Source: Vicugna vicugna (taxonomy: Eukaryota). From it: DNA of 64,000 nt. The stretch covers positions 1,488,001-1,552,000 of the forward strand of contig MU060007.1 in assembly GCA_013265495.1 (NCBI GenBank), in the 5' to 3' direction. Of the stretch, positions 26,801 through 39,208 are shown one piece after another (within the stretch, counting starts at the first letter, position 1; each line of letters begins with the position of its first letter). The translations under genes and the position numbers were made by a program. Under the pieces are notes generated by a model. The model was not told where the DNA came from, did no database searches, and saw only the letters and a program-made list of their open reading frames with translations.

Positions 26801-27894
26801 GATATAATTGGTGATAAAAGATATCTATGTACTTTTGGAACAGAAATTCAAGCTGACTCAATTCACGCAATTTAGGATTTCTCTGTATGTTATAAATTTG
26901 AATTATATTTAAACTACTTTTGAAATGAGTTATTTTTATTACTGGCATAGTTTTACTGGCTATTCCTACTTAATCTAGGCTCTGCAGAAAGATAGTAACA
27001 ATTAAGATGATTATGCAATTAAAAATGCCCTTCTCAAAAAATATCATAAATACTTTGGAATCAGCATAAAATTTGAATATAGCAAACAATTTTTTAAAAT
27101 GTTTCTAAAATTCTGGTTGTTACATTAACTGTATTGCCCTTTTATTACAGAGTGAAAAATCATCACTTTTGATTGATACATTTATAAAATAGTAACTTTT
27201 TGAGTAATATTTTGCATTATTGTTATATACATAGTTTCTCAAGAGAGAACAATGACAATACATTTTACCTAAAAATATTTTCATTGCCTCATTTGAAAAG
27301 CTGTTTGAATTATTTAAAGAATACGACTTCACTCCCTCCTTTCATGTTCATTTCAGAAACTGTATAATACAGGTTATAAAAGCAGTGGGAGGAAAATGGC
27401 TGATATATAGGTAGATGGAAGTCTATAATAGTTGTGTGTTTTGAATGTGAAGGACTGTGAAACTTATTGTAGAAATTCACTGCAAAATTTCAGCAGCAAT
27501 ATCACAAATTGCTTTAGGGGAAAAAAATACAAAAAGAATGCAGGAGCTCTCAACACGTTTTTTTGGGGGGGGGCTGTAAAATGAAAGCATTTCAACATGA
27601 TGTCCTGCCAAGATTTGTCCTCAATAAATTCAAAGTCCTCCTCACTTTCTAAAATTCTCTAAAGTACATTGCCCTTGATTTTGAAACATATATTTTCCCA
27701 CATTATTCTTACTCAGCCAGTTCGTTTGATGTCTGCTAACTTGCCTGTTAGTCCTTTTTCGTGAGCCCTCTGTTTCTATCCGTGTTTTGCTATGCAAGTG
27801 TCCTTCTAAACTAGCTTGACCGCTTACATTAGCCTTTTAGCAGTTTGGATTACAATTCTAGCTAACACAGGAATTGTCTGCATGTATATATATT

Positions 27895-27970
27895 TTCATT
27901 TTTTCCTCTTTTTTTCTTTTCTTTTTCTTCCTTCCCTTCCTCTCTCTCTGCCTTCCTTCCTTCCTTTCCC
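27895..27970. repeat. Polypyrimidine low-complexity tract (CTTT/CCTT)
   Basis: Seen directly; almost purely C/T. Confidence 0.85.
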
Positions 27971-28017
27971 GTATTTGACAATCCTAAAAGAAAGGCTTGC
28001 AGTAAACTTATATATCT

Positions 28018-28290
28018 AGCCACGTAATGTGATGTCACGTTAAACTGTTAAGGCCCCTCCACCAAACCTAACAAAGGCGACACGGTAATTGTTGCGTTAA
28101 GGCGCAGTGCAATGGCACACAACAGCATGACGCTATTTCACCCCCTTTCTTCTTGAGACTTTTCATAACAGTCCCCTTTATTGCTGACGGGTTTCTAATA
28201 ATGGTGGCCATGTGGCTTTGGAACAACAGCAGAATGTTAATTTATTCCCCAGTGTTACCTAGAGGCCCTGACGTGGGTCCCTAATTTAAA
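28018..28290. promoter_or_regulatory. Putative enhancer-like unique element with CpG-containing bZIP/HRE-type motifs
   Basis: GCCACGTAAT 28019-28028, TGATGTCACGT 28030-28040 and TGACGTGG 28269-28276; locally CpG-rich in a CpG-poor background. Function is inferred. Confidence 0.4.
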
Positions 28291-28644
28291 TACTGGGTAG
28301 GACCAGGCTGATCAGGTGGCTCCGAGCTAGCACAATAGGCTGTGAGGGGAAGCCCCACTCCCTGCTCAGGGCAGATGAGGAGGATTCCAAGTGTAATTGG
28401 CCTCTGGGGAGCGTGTAAGTCACTCTGTACCCCGCTTCAGACCTCCTTAATGCCTTGCCAGCTGGAAGGAAAAGTGCCTTCTTGCATTGCCCACAAAGGA
28501 AGCGGGGAGTGAGGGGAGTAGAACTGGAAAAATTAAAAAAGAGGGAAGAGACAGCAACACAAATGAAGAGTTGGGTAATAATATTGTACATCTAAAAGCC
28601 GGGAGAGTGTGTCATAAACAAATGGGCTTGCAGTGGTCAGTAGA

Positions 28645-28830
28645 CAATTATATCCTGTTACCTCATTTCACATGNNNNNNNNNNNNNNNNNNNNNNNNNN
28701 NNNNNNNNNNNNNNNNNNNNNNNNNNNNNNNNNNNNNNNNNNNNNNNNNNNNNNNNNNNNNNNNNNNNNNNNNNNNNNNNNNNNNNNNNNNNNNNNNNNN
28801 NNNNNNNNNNNNNNCCCACACTAAGTCCTC
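28645..28830 (-). mobile_element. MIR SINE, core masked (N 28675-28814)
   Basis: Left flank 'cctcatttcacatg' resembles the MIR 'ccccattttacagatg' block; most of the element is hidden. Confidence 0.5.
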
Positions 28831-31602
28831 CAAAGTATAATAAGACTTACTGGATGTTCAAATCTCAGAAATTAGGTTTGTATGGTGGGGGAAAAAAAAG
28901 AAGAAGAAACTCTATGGGTCTCACCTTTTTGTGATCTGGACAACATGTTTAACATCTAAATGTGTTTTTATTCTGATATTATTGTTTAAATCCCCAGTTC
29001 CAATTCTACTTGCTTTATATCACGTAATGATTTGCTGACGTGGGAAAGAAGTATCTTCTTGGACAGAGTTGTCTCTTGAAATTTCTCTTAGGATGCGTGT
29101 GATTTGTTTCAAGATTTAACTGAGTTCTTAAACTTCATCTTCAAAGAGGTGCTGGTAAACAGTAGAGCTAATATTTTGTAAATTTATAGCTTTTTCTTTA
29201 ATATAGAATTTATGAAAATCAAATCACTTTCTTCTATTGACTTATAGCTTCAAGATATATCACCACAAAAAAATCCCAAACAACAAAAATCAGTTCCCCA
29301 AATAACTTAGACATTTCACTAGGCATAAACTTAAAAAACAAACAAACAAACAAAAACCCCCAAACAAAACACAAACGAAAAAACTTTAAGAAAAGGGCCA
29401 AACCTTTGCCAAAATGTGTGTGAGAGTGATTCAGCGATTCCGGCCTCTCTGAATCCAGGGTTCCTGGCCCTCACTGGTGGTCAGCAGTGCTGGAATAAGG
29501 GGGCTCTCGGATGCTGCTGCCTAGGGACCGGAGGTCACTGAGGGTGAGGGCCTGCCCTCCATCCTGGTTCCAACCGGAGCAGTACCATTGCTTTTTCAAT
29601 ACGCGGTTTTGGAGTGAGATGTCTTTTAGGAGAAAAACATTTATAATTCTGCTGGTTTAAAACTAGTTTAACAGGACTGGGCTGGGTGATCTCTTGGGAC
29701 CCAGTCAGCTAATATTCTTTGATTCTATGTCAAATACTTCATTGAAAACCCACCGCAAGACAGAGTACTGTAACTGAGATGAAAATTACCAGTGAGGAAA
29801 GAAGGAATCTTATCACACTCAAAGATAAAGACTCAGTTTTTTTTTCTTGTGACTAAAAAAAAAGCCTTTTTAGGAAATTAATTTAAATAACCTTTCTTAA
29901 TGGTAGTCAGTGGCCGTCTTTCGCTTGCTGTGTTAAAGGGGTGGTTTGCTGCTGGCAGGGCAGGGGGAAGATAAGCTTTTACATGTCCCCCTCCTTCAGG
30001 TGCGAGGCTCTTACTGTCCTCCCGTCTCCTTCCTGTGTGTTCTGCTGAAGGCAACGTTGCCATAGATTCATTTGCTATCATAGTAGTAAAAAATAGAGTA
30101 AAAAAGTAAGAAAGCCAATACCAAATTAAGACAACTAAACAAGTATAATGAGGTTAATATTTTTGAAAGTATTGCTGATGTATTTAGCAAGTTGCTTAGT
30201 AACTCCTCATCCAGGGAACCGACAGCATTCATAGTTTCAAGCTGAATCCCTGAGAATAGAGGCCATGGCTCAGTTTAGAGTCACAAACTCGATTCTTAAG
30301 TAGAAGGGTTTTCTCAGTTCCCTCAGCTTTCCTCCGCATGCCAACTTCCCTGCAGAGGCATGGAGGACGTGGAAGCTAAGTTCCCATTAGGGGGAGGTAG
30401 GAAGCCTTCTGATGGTGAGGGGAGCAGTCCAGAGCAGAGAGAAGGGGTGAATGCAGGGATGCGGGCGTTCATTTGCAGGCTCACCTCCAGGATTCAAAAC
30501 TCTGTCAGCAGCTGGGGGCGGGGGGGTGGCGTGAAACTGAGGCGCGTGGCTTGGGAAGGATGTCTCAGCAGAGGGACACTGCATTTAGGGTTGGGGGGCC
30601 AGGGGGCTTTCTCATAGGAAAGGTTTCAGGACAGGAAGTGGCTGCAGCAGAGGAGACATGGCCGCAGGGCTTGTTGAGACAGACACTAACCTGAGATAGG
30701 ACTGCTGATGTGTGGGACACAGCTGAGGCTGTTGGCTAGGCGATTCCCAGCTCAGTCACTGAGGGGAGAGTCCTAGTGACCTGCAGCCGAGCAGACTGCC
30801 TACGTGGAGGCTCCCATAAGAGCCACATCCAAAGCTCCGGCAATCTACAGGCCAGAGACTGCCCAGGGAGTGGCTTTGTCATGAGGAGGGAAGGCTGGGC
30901 TCACCAGAGCGCTGTCGCTGCGTGCTCTTGCTGCTGAGAAAAGGGGCCACGAGTTTCACCAGCTCAGACCAGCAGTGGAGTCAGTAAAGGCAGAGATGGA
31001 TGCCCAGAGATGAGCAGGGCTGGATGTTCCCCCACCCACTTGGGCTCCCTCAGCTCGCCGGGCCAGACTGAGCATGGGCAGGAAGGGAAAGTTGCCTGGG
31101 GTGGTCGGGGATTTAGCACTCGTGTGCATTTTGGGGAGCACCTCAGTATGGGCCAGTGCAGGACAGCTGATGACCCTGCCTTCAGGTCCAAGGCAAGATT
31201 TATAGAAAAATGGCTTCATCTAATGGTGTAGTGACAAGCAGCAGAGCTGCCTAAACTGTGCAGTGGCCTGAGGGCCACATCTGCCCCGTCACTAGGGGCA
31301 GTAGTCATTGTGAAGCTTTGCCCGTTAAAAAGATAACGGTTTTGTGATGGCTCCACATGAGTTAAATGAGAGGTGTTTTGTCCCAGCGTCATGTCTTTTC
31401 GATCTGGGGACATGTCCTTTCTGCTAATTTCTCTCATTTCAAATTAGATAGCACTCTTTTAAGCCAGATTGAAGGGGCCCATGATTTAGAGTCAACAGTT
31501 GTAAGTTACAAATTTAGTTCTTTGAAAGGGAGAAAGGAATATCGTGAGCTTCTCAAATGACATTTGTGCATTTTCTACCAGATTTCCAGTTCATGGTACA
31601 TC

Positions 31603-31855
31603 GGGGCAATGTAGCATGGTGGTTAAGCATGTCGGCGCTGGCTTCAGATTCCCTGGGTTCAACCCCTGCCTCTCAGTCTTCCCGGTCAGACCTAAACTCA
31701 TGGTGCCTTGGTTTTCTCATCTGTGGGATGGGATGATGCCAACAAAGGGACTATTATTCACCTTTGCAGTGTTTTATTAGGATTGAATGAGATAACGTAT
31801 ATAGAGCGAGCTTTCTCAGTAGGTCTGGGCACACAGAAAGCACTTAATAAATGGA
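31603..31855 (+). mobile_element. Near full-length MIR SINE
   Basis: 'tagcatggtggttaagcat...ggttttctcatctgt...aggattgaatgagataacg...gcacttaataaatg'. Confidence 0.85.
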
Positions 31856-34029
31856 GGAGTATGACTCCTCCACTAGGCTGTAAGCCCTCTGAACACAGAG
31901 ACACTGTCTGCTTTTGCCCACCTGTTCATCCCCTGTATCTGAAGTAGAATAAGCATTAGATAATGTTAACTATTAGTAGGATTGATTTTTGAAAAGAAAA
32001 ATAGCCACGATCTTTATACCATTCTTTCTGTCAGTACTTCTCTCATTCTTACAATTTCTTCTTAGATTTGTAAGAATAAGGAAAAGCTGAAATGTCATTG
32101 GTGGTAAAGACTTGAGTATTGTTATGAAGACACAGGCATAACTGCAATTCCAAATTCACTGTCCTCTAGAGCACGTGAGCCAGGCAGGGCGGGTCAGACA
32201 CCCCTCCAGGAATCTGAAAACCTGGCTCCTGATGTTTTCTCGGCTAAAACAACTTTTCCACAGTGTTCTCTTTAAAATCTTTAAAATGAGAGGGCTGGAC
32301 TAGATGAAGGCTCAGATCGCATGCAGCTCCAGACTTGAGCAATTTGAACAGAGAACAGAACAGAACAGTGTACAGTGAAGTGCCGAATTGTACTGAACAA
32401 CATGATGATCCTTTTTTAAAACTTCACTCTTTTCTCTCTGAAAAATCTTTCAGTGTTAGTTACCCTTGCCCTTTTGAAAGCCTGCTTTCCTCGTGCAGGA
32501 CCATTCTGATTCAGAGTCATAAAAGAGAGCACGCCTGTGCAGAAGATTCTCTAGCCACTGAGAACACCTAACAGCAGAGACGGCCAACATTAATGCACAC
32601 CCGGCGTCAGTGAGGGAGTAAGTGTGACTCCTACACAGAAGGCTCATGACCTGAAGGATGCTGCAAATTACATCACAATGACAGCCTCCTCGCAGCAGGG
32701 CAGAGACGAGCCGCACTGTCTCATGTCTTGAGGTGGCTGCAGCTGCACCACCTCTCAGATTGCCTCTCCCACGTCCTTCCATTTCTTTCTTCCCCACGTA
32801 GGACCAATCGCTCTAGTCCTCTTGCTGAGAAGGCATGTAATGAGTAGCACAGCTCTGAGTCTGATGGCCCACGACAGTCTACAACCCCGATTTGCAAAAT
32901 GTAGGCAGGAGATAATTCCATCCCCCCTGAATTCCTCTCTTAAAAGGAGTCTCACAAAACCCCTTCACAGGCTCTAAATTGTAACTTAGAAGGCACCGTC
33001 CTTCCCTTGGCACTGAAGGACTGTTGTTTTCAAGCATCCCTGGAATCAGGCAAATCTAAGAGGAAAGACAGATTCTCTAGCCCTGAAAGCTAACTCTGTT
33101 CGGAGAGGTAGGGTTGCCGTTTGCTTTTCTCACCGAGATTTGGTTTGTCCTGGCACTAATTCTCTCATAGAAACTGTGATCTTTTCTGAGTAAGGATGCA
33201 TACGTAGAGGTAGGGAATTTGGTTCTAGTCTAAATTAATTGTATTGCTTGAATTTTCAAGGGATTTCTTTGAGTGATGTGTACACACCGCAGTGTGTGGT
33301 CCCAAGGACACACTAGCACTTCTGCACGGAGCCGCGGGCCCTGCGGCCCTGTCTGGGCTGTGGGGTATATTGGCAGTACGTCCTTCTGTCAGGCTCCTTC
33401 CTGATGGAATTAGGAAGAGGTAGGAGCAGAGTATAGAGTGGGTAGGAGATTCTCTGTGGGCCATTTTATTTGTCTGAGCATCAGTGACAAAGAGGGCTTG
33501 ATTTAGGCCAAATGTCAAATCTCCGGTATTTCTTTTCAGTGGCATCTTCCTGACTCTCAATCTCACTGCTTTGCCCTCAGGAGCAGCTGAGTGGAAGGTG
33601 GTGTGCTCTGGGAATACTGGCTTCCCGGGGTAGCACGCTGGTGTGAGGGGTCGTGCCTGAGGATGTGGCTCTCAGAAGGGTGCCCCCCACCCCCCTCCAG
33701 TCCCCTTTTTCTTTTCTTCTTACCCCTTCTGAACTCCCTGTCACACAGCCCTCTGTCCCTTTGCCTCAAGGCTGTGGAGATGCCCACAGCCCTTTCTCGT
33801 TGCTGTTCCCTCTCATGCCCCTCCCGATGCTGTGTGTTAATTATGATGTTGCCCGCTCCCCGCTAGTGTGGGCAGGTGGGCAAGTGTGGTTGAAGAATCT
33901 CCCAGGGGTTTTTGGAGGGACGCCAAGCATAATTTTGCAGCCTGGTGAGTGGGAAGGGGAGCCCCTGCAGTTAGGGAATGACTTTCTTATTTTTTTCGAG
34001 CCCTTTGTATTTTGTGTTTATTCTTTAAC

Positions 34030-34170
34030 TTGTTCATTAGCTGCTTGTCTCTCAAGAGCTTATGCTTCATGACAACGATCAGTTCCACTCACACTATCTA
34101 GCCTCTAGCCCAGCACCTCACATATATTTAATGCTCAACAATATTTATTAATACATATATCTATTGAATG
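34030..34170 (+). mobile_element. L2 3' terminal fragment
   Basis: 'cccagcacctcacat...atgctcaacaatatttatt...ttgaatg'. Confidence 0.6.
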
Positions 34171-35689
34171 GAAATAGAAGGAACCAATCCCTTTAAACCT
34201 GTGCGTCTGTGTATGTGTGTGAGGTGGCAGGAAGAGAGAGATCTGGGAGGACTTCACGTCAGAGGCTTTTAAACGTTTTTTGTTTACGCTGCTCTTAGTG
34301 TCTCAGCAGTGTTTCTCACAGCATCACCAGACTAAAACAAATATATAAATAGTTGTTTTAAGTGGTCTAAGCAATTTAATAAGTATTAATGCCCTAACAC
34401 CTTAGTGGCCATTTAAAAAACACATATAAATTGAAAAAATGTGTTTTCAGTTCACTGTCAACCAGTATTACCTTCAAATGGGGTTTGTGTGCACATTGGG
34501 CTACCCAACTTCTCAAACTGTGGAATCTGATTAGACGCTGTTAGTCTCAGTTCCTGTTTCACGTTCTGCTTTGATTTTCACGTAATGCTTGCTCGTAGCA
34601 ATTGCTAAAATCCCAGTTTCACAAAGATATGACATCATCGAAAGGAATCTGGCTAACGCTCTAATACTGAAACTGGAAACAACCTCAAGCAGGTAGTTTG
34701 TGTATCTGACAGATAAAGAATATCTCCGTGTTTCCCTGTAAAATTAAAAAAATAAGTACCCTGTGGTGAATTTACTGTGGCATCCTGGGGCACGTTGGTG
34801 CGACGTTTGGGACGTTCATGGTTACACTAATACTGATTTCAAATCCTGGACGAATCACCGTTATGATGATGAAAAGGTAATAGAAGTTTTAGACAATTGG
34901 GAAGCACTTACCAATTAGGGCTAATTTTCAGTATGTAATAGTCGTCATTAAATATGTTTTGGGTTGATTTTGCTAAATTGAATTTGATTCAAAGTCAACC
35001 CTTACTTTCAAAGGCTATGACGGGCGAGCAGTGAGAGCAATTGCTCACGTTATCCACCTGGCCTCCTCACTTTGCATGCCACAAGTTTAACCTTCACACT
35101 TTGTGCCGCCCAGAGCACGGCGGTCTGCTTACAACATAAAAAAGTGTGTTGGGGTCACGCTGCTGGTCTTGCTCACACCCGCAGCGGTGGAGAGCTTACA
35201 GCATCTGCAACACATCACAGCATTTGTGTCAACCTACAAATTATCCCTTGGAACTGGAGGAATTTACTTGAAAGGCTTCCAGTGAAATCCTGTGACAAAT
35301 AGGTACAATCTCATACCAGCCTTCTCACTAAATGCTTTATTCTTGGCATTTATAAATGTTTATTACCCCCTGTGCATTCCTGAGGAAATTTGGGTTTTAG
35401 AAGATAATTTATAAGCCTTATCATGCCTTCTTTAGAATTCGGCTAACCACTGTTCTTTCTCAGCTGAAATGTGAGACCTCACAGGGTTAAGTGAGTTGCA
35501 CCCACACCAAAAGTCTACATCAAGTATTTCTTTAAATGTGGACTCCTTGACAAACACATCTCTCCATTTGCAAGGCCCGTGAATTTAAAGCATCCGGTAA
35601 TAACAGGCCTGTTCTCCCTCTCGGAGCTGGAAGCTCCTTGTGAAATGGTATCCTGCCAAAGTGCCACTGCAATAAAGCTCCACGTCCTA

Positions 35690-36000
35690 ACGTTGGTGTC
35701 AAAGTGGCAGCGAACCAAGACTGGCAGCGGGCTAATTTGGGAGAGCTGTCTGCCTCCGCCTCCTCCGCGCGCTCCCACTGATCCACTCCCCCGACGAGCT
35801 TTCTGCTTGTCAACGGTTCAGAGATCCGGGGAGACGGGGATGAAGAGAAATGACGACACGCTTTTCCCTTTCACTCAGGACCCGGATCTCCCGTCAGCGA
35901 GCCGGCGTCCGGGGGCACGGGAGCTCTGTCCCCCGCCAGACCGACGGCTTCACGAGCAGACTCTTAGAGTAGAAAGTGCACCCCTCGTTAAGGGCGGCAT
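35690..36000. promoter_or_regulatory. Small CpG island / candidate promoter
   Basis: I count about 26 CpG in 35701-36000, with high GC and GC-box-like 'cctccgcctcctccgcgcg'; not a recognisable repeat. Confidence 0.7.
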
Positions 36001-36329
36001 GACTTATGATGTATAATGTTGTGACAGTATCTAACACTCTCCCAGACAGCCTGAAACAATTCGAATACTTAAATACTCGAGTGTCTGTGCTAATGGATGT
36101 CTTGCCTGGTTACTTAGTCATCTTTTTCCTTCTATGAACACGATCAGTTAAGTGGAAGGCGGTAGGCGGTAGGCGGCAGCATTGCTAGGGTCAGTGGGGT
36201 GCGGGACAGCCCGTCGGCAGTATTGCACATTTGGGGTAAGAGAGCTACAGAGAAGAAATTGGTGTTCTACAAATGCTTACTTTTTGGTAAACTAAGCCTC
36301 AGGTCTCCATGACCACACAAAGTCACGAG

Positions 36330-36470
36330 TGCATGAGTTTTAGCCCTTTCTCACAATCTTTCTCAGATCTTTACAATGGGGACAAAAATATCCTGGCTTT
36401 ACTGGCATGAGGCTCCAATGGGATAATGCATATAAAGCTCTTAGCACATAGCAAGCACAAAATAAGTTAC
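36330..36470 (+). mobile_element. MIR fragment
   Basis: 'ctcagatctttacaatgggga...gggataatgcatataaagctcttagcaca'. Confidence 0.65.
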
Positions 36471-39208
36471 GTTTTCTCTTCCTCCTTCTCCTCCACATTA
36501 TTATTATTGTTTTAAACAACTACGTGAAATGTACCATAATGTAAATTTATATTAATGCGATTAACCCCAAATGTTTAATTCAGTTGAATATAACATGAGA
36601 AGAAAAATAACGAAATTCTATTTAGCACGAAGAAGTTACTGCAAAATGAATACCGCCCTCAGAAGTCCTGACTCCTTATTTGTCTGAACGACTTACCCCG
36701 AGGCAGTGATGCTCACTGTGTGGCTTGGGAACCACTCACAACATCCAACAAGCAGTTTGTGGCCCATTTTGCCTGATTGACTGTGTACCCTGTATATGTG
36801 CTCTGTCCCTCTCAGAAAGGAGCTTCAAGTAAAAAGTGTGGGTTCCACTCTCTGGATCTTAACATATGGCACATGGCTGTCCTCACCGTGAACTTGGAGT
36901 ACCTGGGACCTCAAGGTGATGCCTTCATTCTCTATTGCAATCGTGAGGGATGGATATAGGCAATGTTGTCATGGTGAGAGGTTAAAATGAATTATAAACA
37001 CAAACATTGTACCCAGCAGTCACAGGAAGGGAAGCTGAGCTTCAAAACTGATAGGACAGGCAGAGATCCATTGTCGGAGGGGCCCCATCAGAGAGAGGAG
37101 GAAGCTTCAGAAGCACATAATCCAAGTGTTTCAAAGATGGAGGGGAGCAAGGGAGAAACTGTGTGCGTGTGTGTTTGTTTCAAAGAGAAGGGGATTTTCA
37201 CTCTCTTTAAAACAAGAGAGAGATGGCTGTCTCTCTCTCTCTCTTTTTTTTTTTTCGTTTGTTTTCATGGACACAGATGGTTTCCTGCTCTGGACTCCTT
37301 TCCGAAAGCTATCTTCTGTGCAGCGTGTATATGGTAGTTAGGATTTTTCCTCCTTTTAATGCAGTTGCTTTGTGGAGAGCAGTAAAAGAGTTATTTGCAT
37401 CTCATAGAGGCCGGCTTTTTCTGATTATATTTTTAACCTTACTTTGTCAATTCACACTGTCAGGCTTCTAGGCCATCTCCTTCGAAAGACACCTCATTTT
37501 CATTTTCAATCAGTTTCTCTCCACGATTTTTCACATAGCTTCCTTCACACTACTAATTCCACTTTAAGGCGGGCATCCTATCCTACATCCCTGGGCTTGC
37601 TGTGCTAACATGTTTAAACATGATTAGTCTTTATTAATGTATGAGACAAAGCTCCAAGAATCACACACCTCTTAATTTGCTGTAGTTCCAGAGGGGGACC
37701 TCAACCCCAGAAACTGAAAATGAATGGGCATCTTGAGGGTCAGATATACTGGGCATTCTCCTGCTAAGTGGAAAGTTTTGCTTTATAGTTGCAGACAGGA
37801 TTTTTCTCTAAGTTGCATTCCAGTTCAAATCTCTGCTATATCAAATGCCATGAAATGTCCAAAAAAATCAAAAAAACATTTCCTGGTCACAGATGATGGT
37901 TAATTTACTTTCAGCAATGTTTGTTACACATTTAGTTCAGAAAATGAAGAGATTTTGACATCATTATGATGGTGTTTTATCCCCATTATAATCTGGAGAA
38001 TAATACTCTCTCGATGTGGTCCTCATTTATTCCACTATTCAACAAATATGTGCCAAGAATTGTGGTAGGTTCTCCAGAAAAGGCAGAATTGTATGAAGCT
38101 ATCCAAAGGGACTTAGCATTAAGTTGAATACTTCATCTGTTTAGTACTGTCATGAAAATTCTAAGACTTGAAAAGATTTAATATGTATAATACACAGATA
38201 TCTGATACTTGATAGGTTGCTTATTTTAGATTTGATTTGGGTTATACATATGCAATAAAATATTAAAATAAAGCTAATCTAGTAAGGGCCATATAAAGGA
38301 ATGGAGGAGATTACTGGATCTGAAATCTAAGCTAAGGATAGTTTCTACAATTACACATTAAATTTAGTTCCTGTGCGGGTCACAAAGGCCAATAAAGAAA
38401 TTTCATGAATCATGTAGTATTCATTTTCTAATAAAAGGATATATACTAGTTGGTAAGAAGAAAATGTTCCCGGAAATAAACTCTTTAACAAGAATTCAAT
38501 CCTGGATTGCTGTAATAAAAGAAAATATCTTTAATAGTGGCCTTCAGAGAAGATGGAGAAAATGTATTCATATGGTCATTTCTTATAGGGACCCTTGGTA
38601 AAAATCAAGAGAATAATACTATATTGCAATTATGTAAATGTGTTTCTATAGCGTGTAAGCGACATAGTCATCAGGTGGCTGGAGCCTGGTGTTCTGTTGC
38701 AGCTGAAGGCAGCTGGCTGTGCTGCCATGCTTCCTGGTGGGTGCACATCTGAAAACCCATGTTGCTCAGATGGCTTGATTGAGACAGCCTAGCCCCAGGC
38801 CCCAGCTGCCAGTGTGGACAGCAAGCAATGCCACCCTCAGCAGGCCCCCAATACCGGCCTGTTCCTGAGCAGTGGGCTTCACCTTCGCATCTGCCACCCT
38901 CACCACTGCCTTGGCAGCTGCCTCCATCTATTCAGCAGCTCTCTGGGCCCCCTTCTCCTCTCCGGCAGTGCTCCTAGACTTTTGTACCTGCTGCTGGGAC
39001 TCAGGTTTGGGCATCATGGGTGATTTGTGGTGTAAGTAAGTGGAGAATTTGGAAGAATTTCAAAATATTAACAACCAGGATGGTTATACCAGTATACATC
39101 TCATGTCCCCTGACGAGAGGGTCATCTCCCTCCCACTGAGCTCACTTAGAGTTGCATAGTTTCCTTTGTCATGGACATTTATCATACACATTTCTCATCC
39201 TCTCTACT

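Noticed and set aside
34599-34692. 94-nt plus-strand exon-like segment reading IAKIPVSQRYDIIERNLANALILKLETTSS
   Set aside because: Weak acceptor and donor (CAG|GTAGTT), no recognised homology, and no partner exons.
35579-36016. 145-aa ORF across the CpG island
   Set aside because: GC-rich DNA is stop-poor, the ORF track start is a non-ATG (GTG) codon, and the peptide resembles no protein I know.
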